Positions 37,557 to 47,126 of a stretch of DNA of 64,000 nt are shown one piece after another. A model generated the notes under the pieces. It saw nothing but the letters and a program-made list of their open reading frames with translations, ran no database searches and had not been told where the DNA came from. Source of the DNA: Acidimicrobiales bacterium (GTDB lineage: Bacteria > Actinomycetota > Acidimicrobiia > Acidimicrobiales > SZUA-35); the NCBI GenBank assembly GCA_047971245.1, contig JBKDZN010000219.1:3616-67615 (forward strand), given 5' to 3'. Both the position numbers and the translations under genes were made by a program. Every line of letters starts with the position of its first letter. Within the stretch, counting starts at the first letter, position 1.

Positions 37557-38444
37557 TCAACCGGCGGCGTGGCGGGCGGCCTGCGTCTTGCGGCGCACCT
37601 CGCCGGCGGCCGCCAACTCGGCCCGGTTGTCGTCTCCCACATGCATGTACCGTTCCCGCCAACCGTCGTCTTCCGGGTCCCACACCACCGGCGCGGCCAC
37701 CGTGGTCCGGGGCACGAACGCCTGTTCCAGCACCTGGAGCGCCAGTCCGGTGATGAACCGCTGGTTCTCCACGTCGTACGGCTTGCCGCACGGGTTACCC
37801 AGTGGGTAGTCGACGAACACGAAACGCGGCACACCGCACTCCTCGACGATGTCGCGGGCCGATCCCACCACCACGGTGGGGATCCCCGCTGCTTCGATCA
37901 GACGCGCACCCAGACTCACGGACTGGTGACAGACCGGTCAAAGGGGCACCATCAGCGCCACGTCGACCTCGTCCTCCTGGAGCCAGTTGATGATCCGGGG
38001 AGCGTCACGACGCTCGGTCTGGCGGTGGGAGAACTGGGTCGGCAGGCAGTAGAACCGGTCCGACACCGAACCGAGGCGACCGTCGGCCACCGCCTCGTCC
38101 ATCCGGGCGAAGGGGATGAAACTCTCCGGGTCCTCGGTGGTGGTCTCGTCCTTCGCCCAACTCAGGTACTCGTTGTTCAACCGGCCGAGCTCCGATCGTG
38201 GCGCCACGTCGGGCAGGCGGGGCAGATCGCCGGGGACCTCGTAGACGAAATCCTCGGGCAGGAAGTACGACGTGGTGACCAGCCCGATCCTGCATTCCGA
38301 CAACGGCTTGGCCAGCGGGGTGAACGGGGCGTCGTCGTGGGTGGCCCAGGCGTAGGCCTGCTCGTAACCGTGGGCGCCGTAGTACTCGCGTGACTTGTCG
38401 ATGTAGCTGACAAACGAGCGATGCGTTCTCTTGCTGGGGACCAC
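37557..38444 (-). CDS. GrdB/PrdB-like (glycine/sarcosine/betaine/D-proline reductase B family) protein with in-frame UGA: candidate selenoprotein (UxxC)
   Basis: ORFs 37938..38444 and 37557..37919 share one frame and are separated by a single TGA (37938-37940). Read-through gives ..ALMVPL-U-PVCHQSVSLGARLIEAAGIPTVVV..LGNPCGKP.. Family assignment is from memory. Confidence 0.6.
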
Positions 38445-38541
38445 GGGCGCTCCCGGTGGCGAGACGGTCCGGACAGGCGCAGCCTACGCCGTACCGGGAA
38501 TCCGGACCAGAACACGGGCGGGCAGCGGGCATGCTGGTGCG

Positions 38542-39243
38542 GTGGCTGAGCTGGATCTGACCCCCGAGGAACTACGGGTACTGGGATGCCTGGTGGAGAA
38601 GTCCTCCACCACCCCCGACCAGTACCCGTTGTCGACCAACGCCCTCACCACGGCGTGCAACCAGAAGACGAGCCGGGATCCGGTGGTCACCTATTCGACC
38701 CGGACCGTGATCGACACGATGTTGTCGCTCCGGGCCAAGGGCCTGGCCCGGACCGGCACCGCCGGCGGCCGGGTGGAGAAACACCGTCACGTCCTGGACG
38801 AGGCCCTCGGCCTCGACCCGGCCGAACAGGCCGTCCTGGCCGTGCTGGCGCTGCGGGGCCCCCAGTCCGCCCCCGAACTGCGGACTCGCACCGAGCGCTA
38901 TGTCGACCTGGCCCCCCCGGCGGAGGTGACGGCGGTGCTCCACCGCCTCGCCGAGCGCACCCCTCCCCTGGTCGCCGACATCGGCCGGGCGGCCGGCCAG
39001 GCCCAGAACCGCTGGGTCCAGCTCATCACCGACCCCGACCTGGCCTCCGAAACCCCGGCTCCGGTCGCCTCCAAACCGTCCGAAACCTCCTGGCTGGCAG
39101 AGGTGGCCCCGGTGGTCCCCGCGGCGGGGCGACCGGGGCCCGAGGCGGGCGAGATCGACCTCGCCCGCCTCCTCGACCGGCTCACCATGCTGGAGGCCCG
39201 AGTCGGTCACCTCGAAGCCGAGCTGGGGCTCCCGTCGTCCTAG
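38542..39243 (+). CDS. DUF480 (YceH) family protein
   Basis: LTPEELRVLGCLVEKSSTTPDQYPLSTNALTTACNQKTSRDPV closely resembles the E. coli YceH N-terminus. GTG start. Confidence 0.75.
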   Translation: MAELDLTPEELRVLGCLVEKSSTTPDQYPLSTNALTTACNQKTSRDPVVTYSTRTVIDTMLSLRAKGLARTGTAGGRVEKHRHVLDEALGLDPAEQAVLAVLALRGPQSAPELRTRTERYVDLAPPAEVTAVLHRLAERTPPLVADIGRAAGQAQNRWVQLITDPDLASETPAPVASKPSETSWLAEVAPVVPAAGRPGPEAGEIDLARLLDRLTMLEARVGHLEAELGLPSS

Positions 39244-39380
39244 ACCCTCGTCTCCGAGGACCACACCAGGACGGTGACGGGTGGGCGCGCCGCACCTCCC
39301 GAGCGGGCCCGTTGGTCCCCTTCTGACCGTGCCAGCTCCGGGAACCTGGAGAGCCCACGGTCGGAATGGGTCTGCTTCGG

Positions 39381-40586
39381 CTATAGGCGCTCGATGATCA
39401 TGGACATGCCCTGGCCGCCACCGACGCACATGGTCTCCATCCCCACGGTCTTGTCGGCATCGATCAGGCCGTTGATCAGGGTGGTCATGATCCGGGCCCC
39501 GGTCATGCCGAACGGATGGCCCAGTGCGATCGCCCCACCGTTGACGTTGAGCTTGTCGTGATCGATGCCGAGGTACTCGGCCGACGGCAGCACCTGAGCG
39601 GCGAACGCCTCGTTGATCTCGACCAGGTCGATGTCGTCGATGGTCATCCCGGCCCGGGACATGGCCATCCGGCAGGCCTCGATCGGACCGAGCCCCATGA
39701 TCTCGGGGTTGAGCCCGGTGACCCCCGAGGCCACGATGCGGGCCAGCGGGGTGATCCCCAGCTCGGCGGCCCGGGTGTCACTCATGACCATCACGGCCGC
39801 GGCCCCGTCGTTCAGGGGACAAGCGTTGCCGGCGGTCACGGTGCCGTCGGGACGGAACACCGGCTTGAGCTGGCTGACCGACTCGATGGTGGTCCCCGGG
39901 CGGGGACCGTCGTCGGCGGCCAGCACCGTCCCGTCCGACAGGGTCACGGGGGTGATGTCGACCTCGAAGAAGCCACGGCTGATGGCGGCCTCGGCCCGGT
40001 TCTGGCTGCGCACCCCCCACGCGTCCTGGTCCTCCCGGCTCACCCCTTCCACCTGGGCCACGTTCTCGGCCGTCTGGCCCATGGCGATGTAGATGTCGGG
40101 CAGGCCGTCCGGTGGCGTCCACACCGGGGCGCCGCCCTCGGCCCGCTTGGCCGTCCGGTCCTGGGCGTCGGCGAACTTGGGGTTGTGGGCCGAGGCGTTG
40201 TCGGCCGACCCGTTGCCGTAACGGCTCACGAACTCGAGCCCGGCCGCGATGAAGGCGTCGCCCTCACCCGCCCGGATGGCGTGGGCGGCCATCCGGATGG
40301 TCTGCAACGACGACGAGCAGTACCGGTTGACGGTGACCCCGGGAACATTGGGGAGGCCGGCCTCGATGGCCACGACCCGGGCCACGTTGAACCCCTGCTC
40401 CCCGGCCGGGGAGCCCGCACCCATCATGAGGTCCTCGACGGCGTTCGGGTCGAGCTGGGGCACCTTCTCCAGCAGCTTGGTGATGATCTGGGCAGCGATG
40501 TTGTCGGGGCGTTCGTTGGCCAGCGACCCTTTGAATGCCCGGCCGATGGGGCTGCGAGCGGTGGCGACGATAACGGCTTCGGGCAT
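39381..40586 (-). CDS. acetyl-CoA C-acetyltransferase (thiolase II)
   Basis: 401 aa with VNRYCSSSLQ (active Cys), NEAFAAQ, NVNGGAIALGHPFG and CVGGGQG. Confidence 0.9.
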   Translation of the reverse strand: MPEAVIVATARSPIGRAFKGSLANERPDNIAAQIITKLLEKVPQLDPNAVEDLMMGAGSPAGEQGFNVARVVAIEAGLPNVPGVTVNRYCSSSLQTIRMAAHAIRAGEGDAFIAAGLEFVSRYGNGSADNASAHNPKFADAQDRTAKRAEGGAPVWTPPDGLPDIYIAMGQTAENVAQVEGVSREDQDAWGVRSQNRAEAAISRGFFEVDITPVTLSDGTVLAADDGPRPGTTIESVSQLKPVFRPDGTVTAGNACPLNDGAAAVMVMSDTRAAELGITPLARIVASGVTGLNPEIMGLGPIEACRMAMSRAGMTIDDIDLVEINEAFAAQVLPSAEYLGIDHDKLNVNGGAIALGHPFGMTGARIMTTLINGLIDADKTVGMETMCVGGGQGMSMIIERL

Positions 40587-40667
40587 GGAACAGCCTTCCT
40601 TGGAACAGGCGGTTGATTGGGGCCATCATGGTGCCAAACCCGCCGATACCGGTCCATTTCCGGGGCG

Positions 40668-40895
40668 GGCCCCGTGCTCACGGCTCTTCGGCCAAGGCCT
40701 CATCGCTCGGGGCCGGCAACCACTGACACCTCCCGCCTGAGGCCCCGTGCTCACGGCTCTTCGGCCAAGGCCTCATCGCTCGGGCCCGGCAACCACTGAC
40801 ACCTCCCCCCTGAGGCCCCGTGCTCACGGCTCTTCGGCCAAGGCCTCATCGCTCGGGCCCGGCAACCGCTGACACCTCCCCCCTGAGGCCCCGTA
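40668..40895. repeat. 73-bp tandem repeat, 3 near-identical full units plus a 9-bp start of a fourth (minisatellite/MIRU-like)
   Basis: Units start at 40668, 40741, 40814 and 40887, with 1-2 mismatches between units. The period is not divisible by 3. Located between the divergent thiolase and amidase genes. Confidence 0.9.
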
Positions 40896-40899
40896 GGCT
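40870..40899 (+). promoter_or_regulatory. putative sigma-A type promoter at the 3' edge of the repeat array
   Basis: TGACAC-N18-TAGGCT, ending 10 nt before the amidase ATG. Inner repeat units carry the same TGACAC but read TGCTCA at the -10 position. Confidence 0.35.
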
Positions 40900-40909
40900 G
40901 GGGTTCGTC

Positions 40910-42136
40910 ATGTGCGATGGCGACCTCGACCCCGACCGGCGCTGCGGCACCACGGCCGCGGCACCCCCCGCCCTGCTGGCCTGGGGACGGCGGGACGCCA
41001 CCACCCCGGTGGCACGGCCCGCGGCAGTGTGGACCCGGCGCGGGGTGCTCGGCCTCGGCGTGGGCCTGATGGCGACCGCCCTGCTCCCGGTCCGGGCCGC
41101 GGCCGCCGACCGGCCGACCGGCCGGGGCCCCGCAGCCCCGGGTCCGGCCGGGGGCCCGGTTCCTGTGGTTCGTCCCGGCCGGGGCCTCGCCCAGGTGACC
41201 CCGCCCCCGATCCGGCCCCGGTCCGATTGGGGGTCCGATCTCCCGGTGACCGGCCCGATCGAACCCGAGGACGACGTCCGCTTCCTGCTCGTGCACCACA
41301 CCGCGTCGTCCAACGACTACGGCCCCGACGACGTCCCGGGCCAGATCGAGACCTTCTACCGGCTCCACACCGGCCCGGAGAAGGGCTGGCCCGACGTGGC
41401 CTACAACTTCTTCGTCGACCGGTTCGGGGTCATCTGGGAGGGCCGTGAGGGCAGCCGGTCCGGACCGGTCCGGGGCGACGCCACCGGCGGCTCCCAGGGG
41501 TACGCCCAACTGTGCAGCCTGATCGGTGACTACACCTCCACACCGATGCCACCCGAGCAGGAAACCTCGCTCATCGCCCTGCTGGCCTGGTTGGCCGACC
41601 GGTACGCGATCGACACGACACCCGGATCGACGGTGACGTTCACGTCACGGGGATCGAACCGTTGGCCCGAGGGCGACCAGGTGACTGCAGCCACTATCGC
41701 CGGGCACCGGGACATGTCGCAGACGGCCTGCCCGGGGGACGCCGTGTACGCCCGCCTGCCTGAAGCCGTCCCGGCCGCGGTTTCCGCCCTCCGGGCGGCA
41801 ACGGCACCGCCGGAAGCGACGTCCACCACCCCGGCACCGGCGACGACCGCACCACCGCCGACCACCCCCGCACCGACGGTGACCACGGTGCCGGCCACCG
41901 ACACCGGCACTGCAGTGGGCGACGGGGCCGAGACCGCGGCGGCCGTCACCGAAACGGGGGGTGGGTCCGGGACCTCACCGACCCGTCTGGCCCTGGGCGC
42001 GGCCGCCGGGGCCGCCCTGGCCGGTGCGGCGGCCACGATTGCCGTCCGGGGCCGGGACGACGACGATCCAACGGACGGCCCCCGGCCCCGCACCGCCGAC
42101 GGCGACGCCTACGACTACGGCTCCCCGTCCCGCTGA
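40910..42136 (+). CDS. N-acetylmuramoyl-L-alanine amidase (Amidase_2/PGRP domain), Tat-exported, C-terminal membrane anchor
   Basis: Twin-arginine signal (WTRRGVLGLGVGL). Amidase_2 core (LLVHHTAS..WPDVAYNFFVDRFG..GHRD..CPG). Thr/Pro linker plus a C-terminal TM helix. Confidence 0.8.
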   Translation: MCDGDLDPDRRCGTTAAAPPALLAWGRRDATTPVARPAAVWTRRGVLGLGVGLMATALLPVRAAAADRPTGRGPAAPGPAGGPVPVVRPGRGLAQVTPPPIRPRSDWGSDLPVTGPIEPEDDVRFLLVHHTASSNDYGPDDVPGQIETFYRLHTGPEKGWPDVAYNFFVDRFGVIWEGREGSRSGPVRGDATGGSQGYAQLCSLIGDYTSTPMPPEQETSLIALLAWLADRYAIDTTPGSTVTFTSRGSNRWPEGDQVTAATIAGHRDMSQTACPGDAVYARLPEAVPAAVSALRAATAPPEATSTTPAPATTAPPPTTPAPTVTTVPATDTGTAVGDGAETAAAVTETGGGSGTSPTRLALGAAAGAALAGAAATIAVRGRDDDDPTDGPRPRTADGDAYDYGSPSR

Positions 42137-42177
42137 GCCGGCCCCGAGCACGGTCCGGGTTTCGCTCCGGAACGGTC

Positions 42178-42855
42178 ATGAGCTGGGCCGCCGCGGCCGA
42201 CGGGGGCATGATGGAGCATCGCCACCCCGGTCGACGAACGGACCTGGACCCCGAACCCGCCCCGGCCCCCGCCGGACCGGCGGACCGGGACGAGGGTCGG
42301 ATCGACCCGGTGGCCCTGGCCCGCTTCGAGCAGGGCCTAGCCGAACTCGCGGCCCGGGAGCGGCACCGTCTGGGCCGTCGGCAGCTCTGGACGGCCCACC
42401 ACTGGCCCGAGGACTACCCGGAGCGTTGTGTCCGGATCGGGGGACGGTGGGTGTGTCGCCGGTGTGCGGCCCTCTACCCGCTCGGGATCCTCGTGGCCGT
42501 GGTGTCGGCCATGGGCTACCCGCCGTGGCCGGAATCGTGGGACCCGTGGGCGATCTGGCTGCTGTCCTTACCGGCCACCATGGCCTATGTGGGTGAGGCC
42601 GTCGGCCTGTTCCGGTACCGGGCCCGGCTGCAGGTGGCCGCCACCCTCGTCACAGCGGTCGCCTTCGGCCGTGGTCTCGGCTACGAGCTGACCCAACGGT
42701 GGTCACCGGAGTTTTGGGGTCCCGTCGCCGTGTTCGGGGGGATCTGGTTCGCGGCCACCATAATCGGATCCCGACACCGAGCCGGTGGATCGGTGCCGGG
42801 AGTGGTTCACAGGGCGGCCACCGCCACGTCGAGCTCTTCCTCGGTGTTGAAGTAG
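42178..42855 (+). CDS. DUF2085-like membrane protein
   Basis: The CRRCAALYPLG motif is followed by TM helices. Start uncertain. The 3' end overlaps the convergent gene by 49 nt. Confidence 0.5.
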   Translation: MSWAAAADGGMMEHRHPGRRTDLDPEPAPAPAGPADRDEGRIDPVALARFEQGLAELAARERHRLGRRQLWTAHHWPEDYPERCVRIGGRWVCRRCAALYPLGILVAVVSAMGYPPWPESWDPWAIWLLSLPATMAYVGEAVGLFRYRARLQVAATLVTAVAFGRGLGYELTQRWSPEFWGPVAVFGGIWFAATIIGSRHRAGGSVPGVVHRAATATSSSSSVLK

Positions 42856-43970
42856 TGGACCGACGCCCGGACCATTTCGGTGGTGGTCCGGCGGGTGGGA
42901 TCGAAGGCACCAGGTTCGGGAAACACGAGGGAGGTGTTGACCCCCCAAGCCCGGAGGGCGGCGACCACAGCCCGGGCCGAACGCCCATCCACCGAGAAGG
43001 TAACGATGCCGCTCTGGCGGCCGGGCCCTTCCTCCACATTGACCAGTGGTTGCCCGTGGAGTCGTTCCCGGAGTCCGTCGGCCAGCTCCTCGACCCGTTT
43101 GGCGATGGAGTCGAGGCCGACCCGCAGGGCGTACTCGATCGCGGCCCCGAACCCGGCCTTGGCCGCCAGGTTGGTCTCGAACGTCTCGTATCGGCGGGCC
43201 CCGGGGGCGAGCTCGTAGCTCCAGTCACCGGTCCACCCCGCCGAACGGCTGTCCAGCACACGGGGGTCGAGCAGGCCCTCGATCCCCGACCGGACGTAGA
43301 GCAGCCCGGTTCCCCGCGGTCCCCGGAGGAACTTCCGCCCGGTGGTGACCAGGAAATCGCAGCCGATCTCCTCGACCGCGACCGGGATCTGGCCCACCGA
43401 CTGGGCGGCATCGAGCAGGAACAGGGCGTCGGATCCGGCCACCACCCGGCCCACCTGTTCCACCGGGTTCACCAGGCCCCCGTCGGTGGGGACATGGGTG
43501 GCGCACACCAGCTTGACCCGCTCGTCGAGCAGCTTGGTGAGCGCCTCGATGGACACCTGGCCGTACTCGTCGTCGGGAATGAGTTCGACGTCGATCCCCC
43601 GGTCCCGCATCTGGATGAGGCCGAACGCGTTCGACACGTACTCCGCCGATGTGGCCAGCACCCGATCGCCGGGAATGAGCTTCACCGAGTTGGCCGCGGT
43701 CCACCATCCCGCGGTGGCGCTGGTGGTGAAGGCGAGCTCGTCGGACCGGCAGCCGAGCAGCAGGGCCCCGGCCTGGTAGACCTGGTCGAGTTCCGCCGAC
43801 CGGGCCACCGCCGTCTCGTAGGCACCCTTGTGGGCTTCGGCCCGCTGGTAGTTGATCACCGCCGCCAGGACCGGTTGGGGCACCAGCGATGCTCCGGCGT
43901 TGTTGAGGTGTATGACCTCCGTGCAACCGGGGGTATCGGCCCGGACGGCTTCGACGTCAACCGCGCTCAC
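42807..43970 (-). CDS. class V aminotransferase (cysteine desulfurase / epimerase-like), PLP-dependent
   Basis: 387 aa with IHLNNAGAS, DAAQSVG and TTGRKFLRGPRGTG (PLP Lys). Confidence 0.8.
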   Translation of the reverse strand: MSAVDVEAVRADTPGCTEVIHLNNAGASLVPQPVLAAVINYQRAEAHKGAYETAVARSAELDQVYQAGALLLGCRSDELAFTTSATAGWWTAANSVKLIPGDRVLATSAEYVSNAFGLIQMRDRGIDVELIPDDEYGQVSIEALTKLLDERVKLVCATHVPTDGGLVNPVEQVGRVVAGSDALFLLDAAQSVGQIPVAVEEIGCDFLVTTGRKFLRGPRGTGLLYVRSGIEGLLDPRVLDSRSAGWTGDWSYELAPGARRYETFETNLAAKAGFGAAIEYALRVGLDSIAKRVEELADGLRERLHGQPLVNVEEGPGRQSGIVTFSVDGRSARAVVAALRAWGVNTSLVFPEPGAFDPTRRTTTEMVRASVHYFNTEEELDVAVAAL

Positions 43971-44074
43971 CCTGCGAACCTACTTGTCGAAGCATCGGTT
44001 GGCCACGGGTGGTTCACCACGTTCACTCCACAGAAATCCGCCCGCCATGTCCTGTGCGGTCATGACGAATCACC

Positions 44075-45037
44075 TCATGACGGTTCCCGGAGCCCCGGCC
44101 GTGAACCGTCATCGTCCTCCGCTCCGGCCGGACCCGTTCCCGGGCCGACCGCACCGCCTCTGGATCGCCGCAGCGGTGCAACGACGGTACCGCCGTCGGC
44201 GTCGAGCAACACCTGGACCGGTGTCCCGTAGGTCGCGGACAGGGTCTCGGCGGTGAGGACCTGACCGGGTGAACCCACGGCGGCGAGCCGGCCCCGGGTG
44301 AGCAGGGCGACGGTTCCGGCGAACCGGCCGGCCGTACCCAGATCATGGAGCGCGGTGATCACGGTCAACCCGAGGTCGACCCGCAGCGCCTCCACCGTTT
44401 CCATCACCGCGACCTGGGGGCCGAGGTCGAGGGCGCTGGTGGGCTCGTGGAGGACGAGCAACGACGGCTGCTGGGCCACCGCCCGGGCCAGGGTGACCCG
44501 TTGCACCTCGCCGCCGGACAGCTCGTCGAGGGGGCGGGCCGCGAACCGACCCAGGTCGAGGCGATCGAGGGCCTCGGCGGCCAGGTGTCGATCGGCGGCC
44601 GATTCGGCCGCCGGCCACCGCAGGTGGGCGGAGCGGCCCAGCAGGACGTACTCGGCCACGGTCATCCCCGGCGGCAACACCGGGCGCTGGGCCACGAAGG
44701 CCACCGCTCCCCGACGGGACGGACCGTCGCGATCGGTCCCTCGACCCCGGCGCGGCCACCGGAGGCCCCCGGCGGCAACCGGCGGGTGAACCGTCCCGTC
44801 GAACAGCACCCGGCCCTCATGATCGAGCAGGCCGACCACCGCTCGCAACAGGCTCGACTTGCCGGCCCCGTTCGGGCCGATCACGGCCATCCACCCACCG
44901 GCCGGGACGGTCAGGCTGACCCCGTCGACCACCACCCGCTCCCCGTAGCGCACCCCGACACCGTCGAGTTGCACCTCGGGTCCCCGCTCCGCCGGCTCCG
45001 CGTCGTCCCCGGCTTCGGTCACCACGGCCGCGGTCAC
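44075..45037 (-). CDS. ABC transporter ATP-binding protein (FecE/BtuD-like)
   Basis: Walker A GPNGAGKSS, signature LSGGEVQR and H-loop ALHDLG. The Walker B reads LLVLHEP (His instead of Asp). GTGA overlap with the permease gene. Confidence 0.85.
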   Translation of the reverse strand: MTAAVVTEAGDDAEPAERGPEVQLDGVGVRYGERVVVDGVSLTVPAGGWMAVIGPNGAGKSSLLRAVVGLLDHEGRVLFDGTVHPPVAAGGLRWPRRGRGTDRDGPSRRGAVAFVAQRPVLPPGMTVAEYVLLGRSAHLRWPAAESAADRHLAAEALDRLDLGRFAARPLDELSGGEVQRVTLARAVAQQPSLLVLHEPTSALDLGPQVAVMETVEALRVDLGLTVITALHDLGTAGRFAGTVALLTRGRLAAVGSPGQVLTAETLSATYGTPVQVLLDADGGTVVAPLRRSRGGAVGPGTGPAGAEDDDGSRPGLREPS

Positions 45038-46092
45038 CGCACGCCCCGGTTGGTCACCAGGATCAGGATGAAGAACGGGGCTCCGAGGAAGGCGGTGATG
45101 ACCCCGATGGGGAGCTCGGCCGGGCTGGCCACGGTGCGAGCGGCCAGGTCGGCCACGACGAGCAGGGCGGCCCCACCGATGGCCGACAGGGGCAGCACCA
45201 CCCGGTAGCTGGTGCCGACGGTGAGGCGCACCAGGTGGGGGACGATGATGCCGACGAACGAGATGAGGCCGCTGACCGAGACGGCGGCGGCGGCGAGCAG
45301 GGACGCAGCCACCACCAGGACCACCCGCACCACGCCGGGCCGGACCCCGAGGGCGGCCGCCTCCTCATCACCGAGGCGGAGGACGTCGAGCTGGCGGCGC
45401 AGCAGCAGGATGACGGTGCCGCACACCACCAGGTAGGGCCCGAGTATGGCCACGTCCCCCCACCCCGCGGTGGAGACCCGGCCCAGGATCCAGGTGTAGA
45501 CCTGGCGCAGGGTGTCGGCGTCACGGAGCTGCACATCGGTCTGGACCGCGGTGAAGAACGCGGCCACGGCGATCCCGGCCAGGAGCAGGGCCGCCGGGGT
45601 CGCCCCCGCGCCCCGGGCCACCAGCGCGGCCACGCTCACCGCCACCAGCGCCCCGGCGAACGCACCGACGGCCACCGCGTCGAACGGGCCCCACCCCCCG
45701 GACAAGCCCCCGACGATCGCCACCGTGGCTCCGAGACCGGCCCCGGCGGCCACCCCCAGCAGGTACGGGTCGGCCAGGGGGTTGCGGAACACCCCCTGGT
45801 AGGTGGCGCCGCTGAGGGCCAGGGCCGAGCCGACCAGGCCGCCGAGCACGATCCGGGGCAGTCGCCACTGCCAGAGGGCCACGGCCTGCTGGTCGGTGAG
45901 CCCGCTGGTGAGCGGCAGGCCGGGAATCCGGCCGAGCACCTCGACGACCACCGGCCGCACCCCCAGGTCGAGCGGGCCCACCACCGCGCTCAGCACGGCG
46001 GCGCCGACCACCACGGCCAGGGCCACGGCCACGGCGAGCGGCGGCAACCGGTAGGCCCGGTCCAGGGCCCGCTCGGGCCCGGTGGTGGTCAT
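45034..46092 (-). CDS. ABC transporter permease, FecCD/BtuC family
   Basis: About 9-10 TM helices, with FRNPLADPYLLGV and GAPFFILIL typical of FecCD. Confidence 0.85.
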   Translation of the reverse strand: MTTTGPERALDRAYRLPPLAVAVALAVVVGAAVLSAVVGPLDLGVRPVVVEVLGRIPGLPLTSGLTDQQAVALWQWRLPRIVLGGLVGSALALSGATYQGVFRNPLADPYLLGVAAGAGLGATVAIVGGLSGGWGPFDAVAVGAFAGALVAVSVAALVARGAGATPAALLLAGIAVAAFFTAVQTDVQLRDADTLRQVYTWILGRVSTAGWGDVAILGPYLVVCGTVILLLRRQLDVLRLGDEEAAALGVRPGVVRVVLVVAASLLAAAAVSVSGLISFVGIIVPHLVRLTVGTSYRVVLPLSAIGGAALLVVADLAARTVASPAELPIGVITAFLGAPFFILILVTNRGVR

Positions 46093-47126
46093 CAGCCGGT
46101 GGGGGCGCTCACCCCGGCGGTTACCGCGTCGAGGAGCTCCACCACTCGTGGCCCCCACCGGGAGGCGATGTCGGCGTCGACCTCGATCACCGAACCGGTC
46201 TCGACCGCGGTGAGCTGATCCCAGCCCGGCCGGGCGGCGATGTCGGCGGCGGTGTAGCCGTAGGCGTCGGTGAACACGATCACCGTCGGGTCGGCCCCGA
46301 GGATCTCCTCAGCCTGGAGCTGGGGGTAGCCGGTCCGGTCCGGGTCGGCGGCGTCCGCGATGTTCTCCCAGCCGAGGAGGTCGTAGAGCTGGCCGATGAA
46401 GCTGGCCGACGAGGCGCTGAAGAAGGTGTCGTCGAGCTCGTGGTACACCCGCACCGGTTCGGTCGGGGTGGGCTGGTCGGCCACCGCAGCCTCCACGCCG
46501 GCGCGGATCTGGGCGTTGGTGGCGGCCGATTCGTTCAGATGACCGGTCGCCATCCCCAACAGGGCGATCTGGTCGTAGGTGTCGTCGAGGCTCTGCGCCG
46601 CCGGGAGGATCAGCACGGGGACGTCGATGTCGTCCATCCCGGCCACCACGACCGGGTCGGCCTGGGACATCACCAGCAGATCGGGCTGGTAGGCGGCGAT
46701 GGCTTCGAGGTTCGGCTCGAAGGCCGAGAGATCGGTGGTGGGCGCTTCGGGCGGGTAGTTGGAGTACGAGTCAGCCGCTTCCACCTGGTCACCGGCCCCG
46801 ATGGCGAACAGCATCTCCGTACCGGTCGGGCTGAGCGACACGATGCGTTCCGGGGCGGCGGGGATGGTCACGGTGCCTTCCGGGGTGTCGAGCTGGACCG
46901 GGAACGCACCGTCGGTGTTGTCGACCGGGCCGGCGTCGGCCGCCCCGGTCGAGGTGGTGCCGTCCTCCGCCTCGGCGCCCTCCGGTGCCGTCGTGTCGGC
47001 ACCGTCACCGGTGGCGGTGTCGGTGGTGGTGGCGCTGTCGCTGCAGGCCGCCAGGATGCCGGCGAGCAGGCCCAACAGCACGAGGATGACGGCGCGACGG
47101 CCCCCGCGAGGGTGATGACGGAGCAT
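46092..47126 (-). CDS. ABC transporter periplasmic binding lipoprotein (BtuF/siderophore-type, cluster A)
   Basis: Lipobox LAGILAAC and an acidic Thr-rich linker. RIVSLSPTGTEMLFAIG and PDLLV motifs. Confidence 0.85.
   Translation of the reverse strand: MLRHHPRGGRRAVILVLLGLLAGILAACSDSATTTDTATGDGADTTAPEGAEAEDGTTSTGAADAGPVDNTDGAFPVQLDTPEGTVTIPAAPERIVSLSPTGTEMLFAIGAGDQVEAADSYSNYPPEAPTTDLSAFEPNLEAIAAYQPDLLVMSQADPVVVAGMDDIDVPVLILPAAQSLDDTYDQIALLGMATGHLNESAATNAQIRAGVEAAVADQPTPTEPVRVYHELDDTFFSASSASFIGQLYDLLGWENIADAADPDRTGYPQLQAEEILGADPTVIVFTDAYGYTAADIAARPGWDQLTAVETGSVIEVDADIASRWGPRVVELLDAVTAGVSAPTG

Noticed and set aside
37919-37940. Treating 37938..38444 and 37557..37919 as two separate genes or a plain pseudogene.
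   Set aside because: They share a frame, only one TGA separates them, there is no SD for the second part, and the stop falls in a UxxC context. The pseudogene alternative is kept open in the finding.
40668-40895. The 73-bp repeats as a CRISPR array.
   Set aside because: The repeats are directly contiguous with no spacers, the unit is too long, and no cas genes are nearby.
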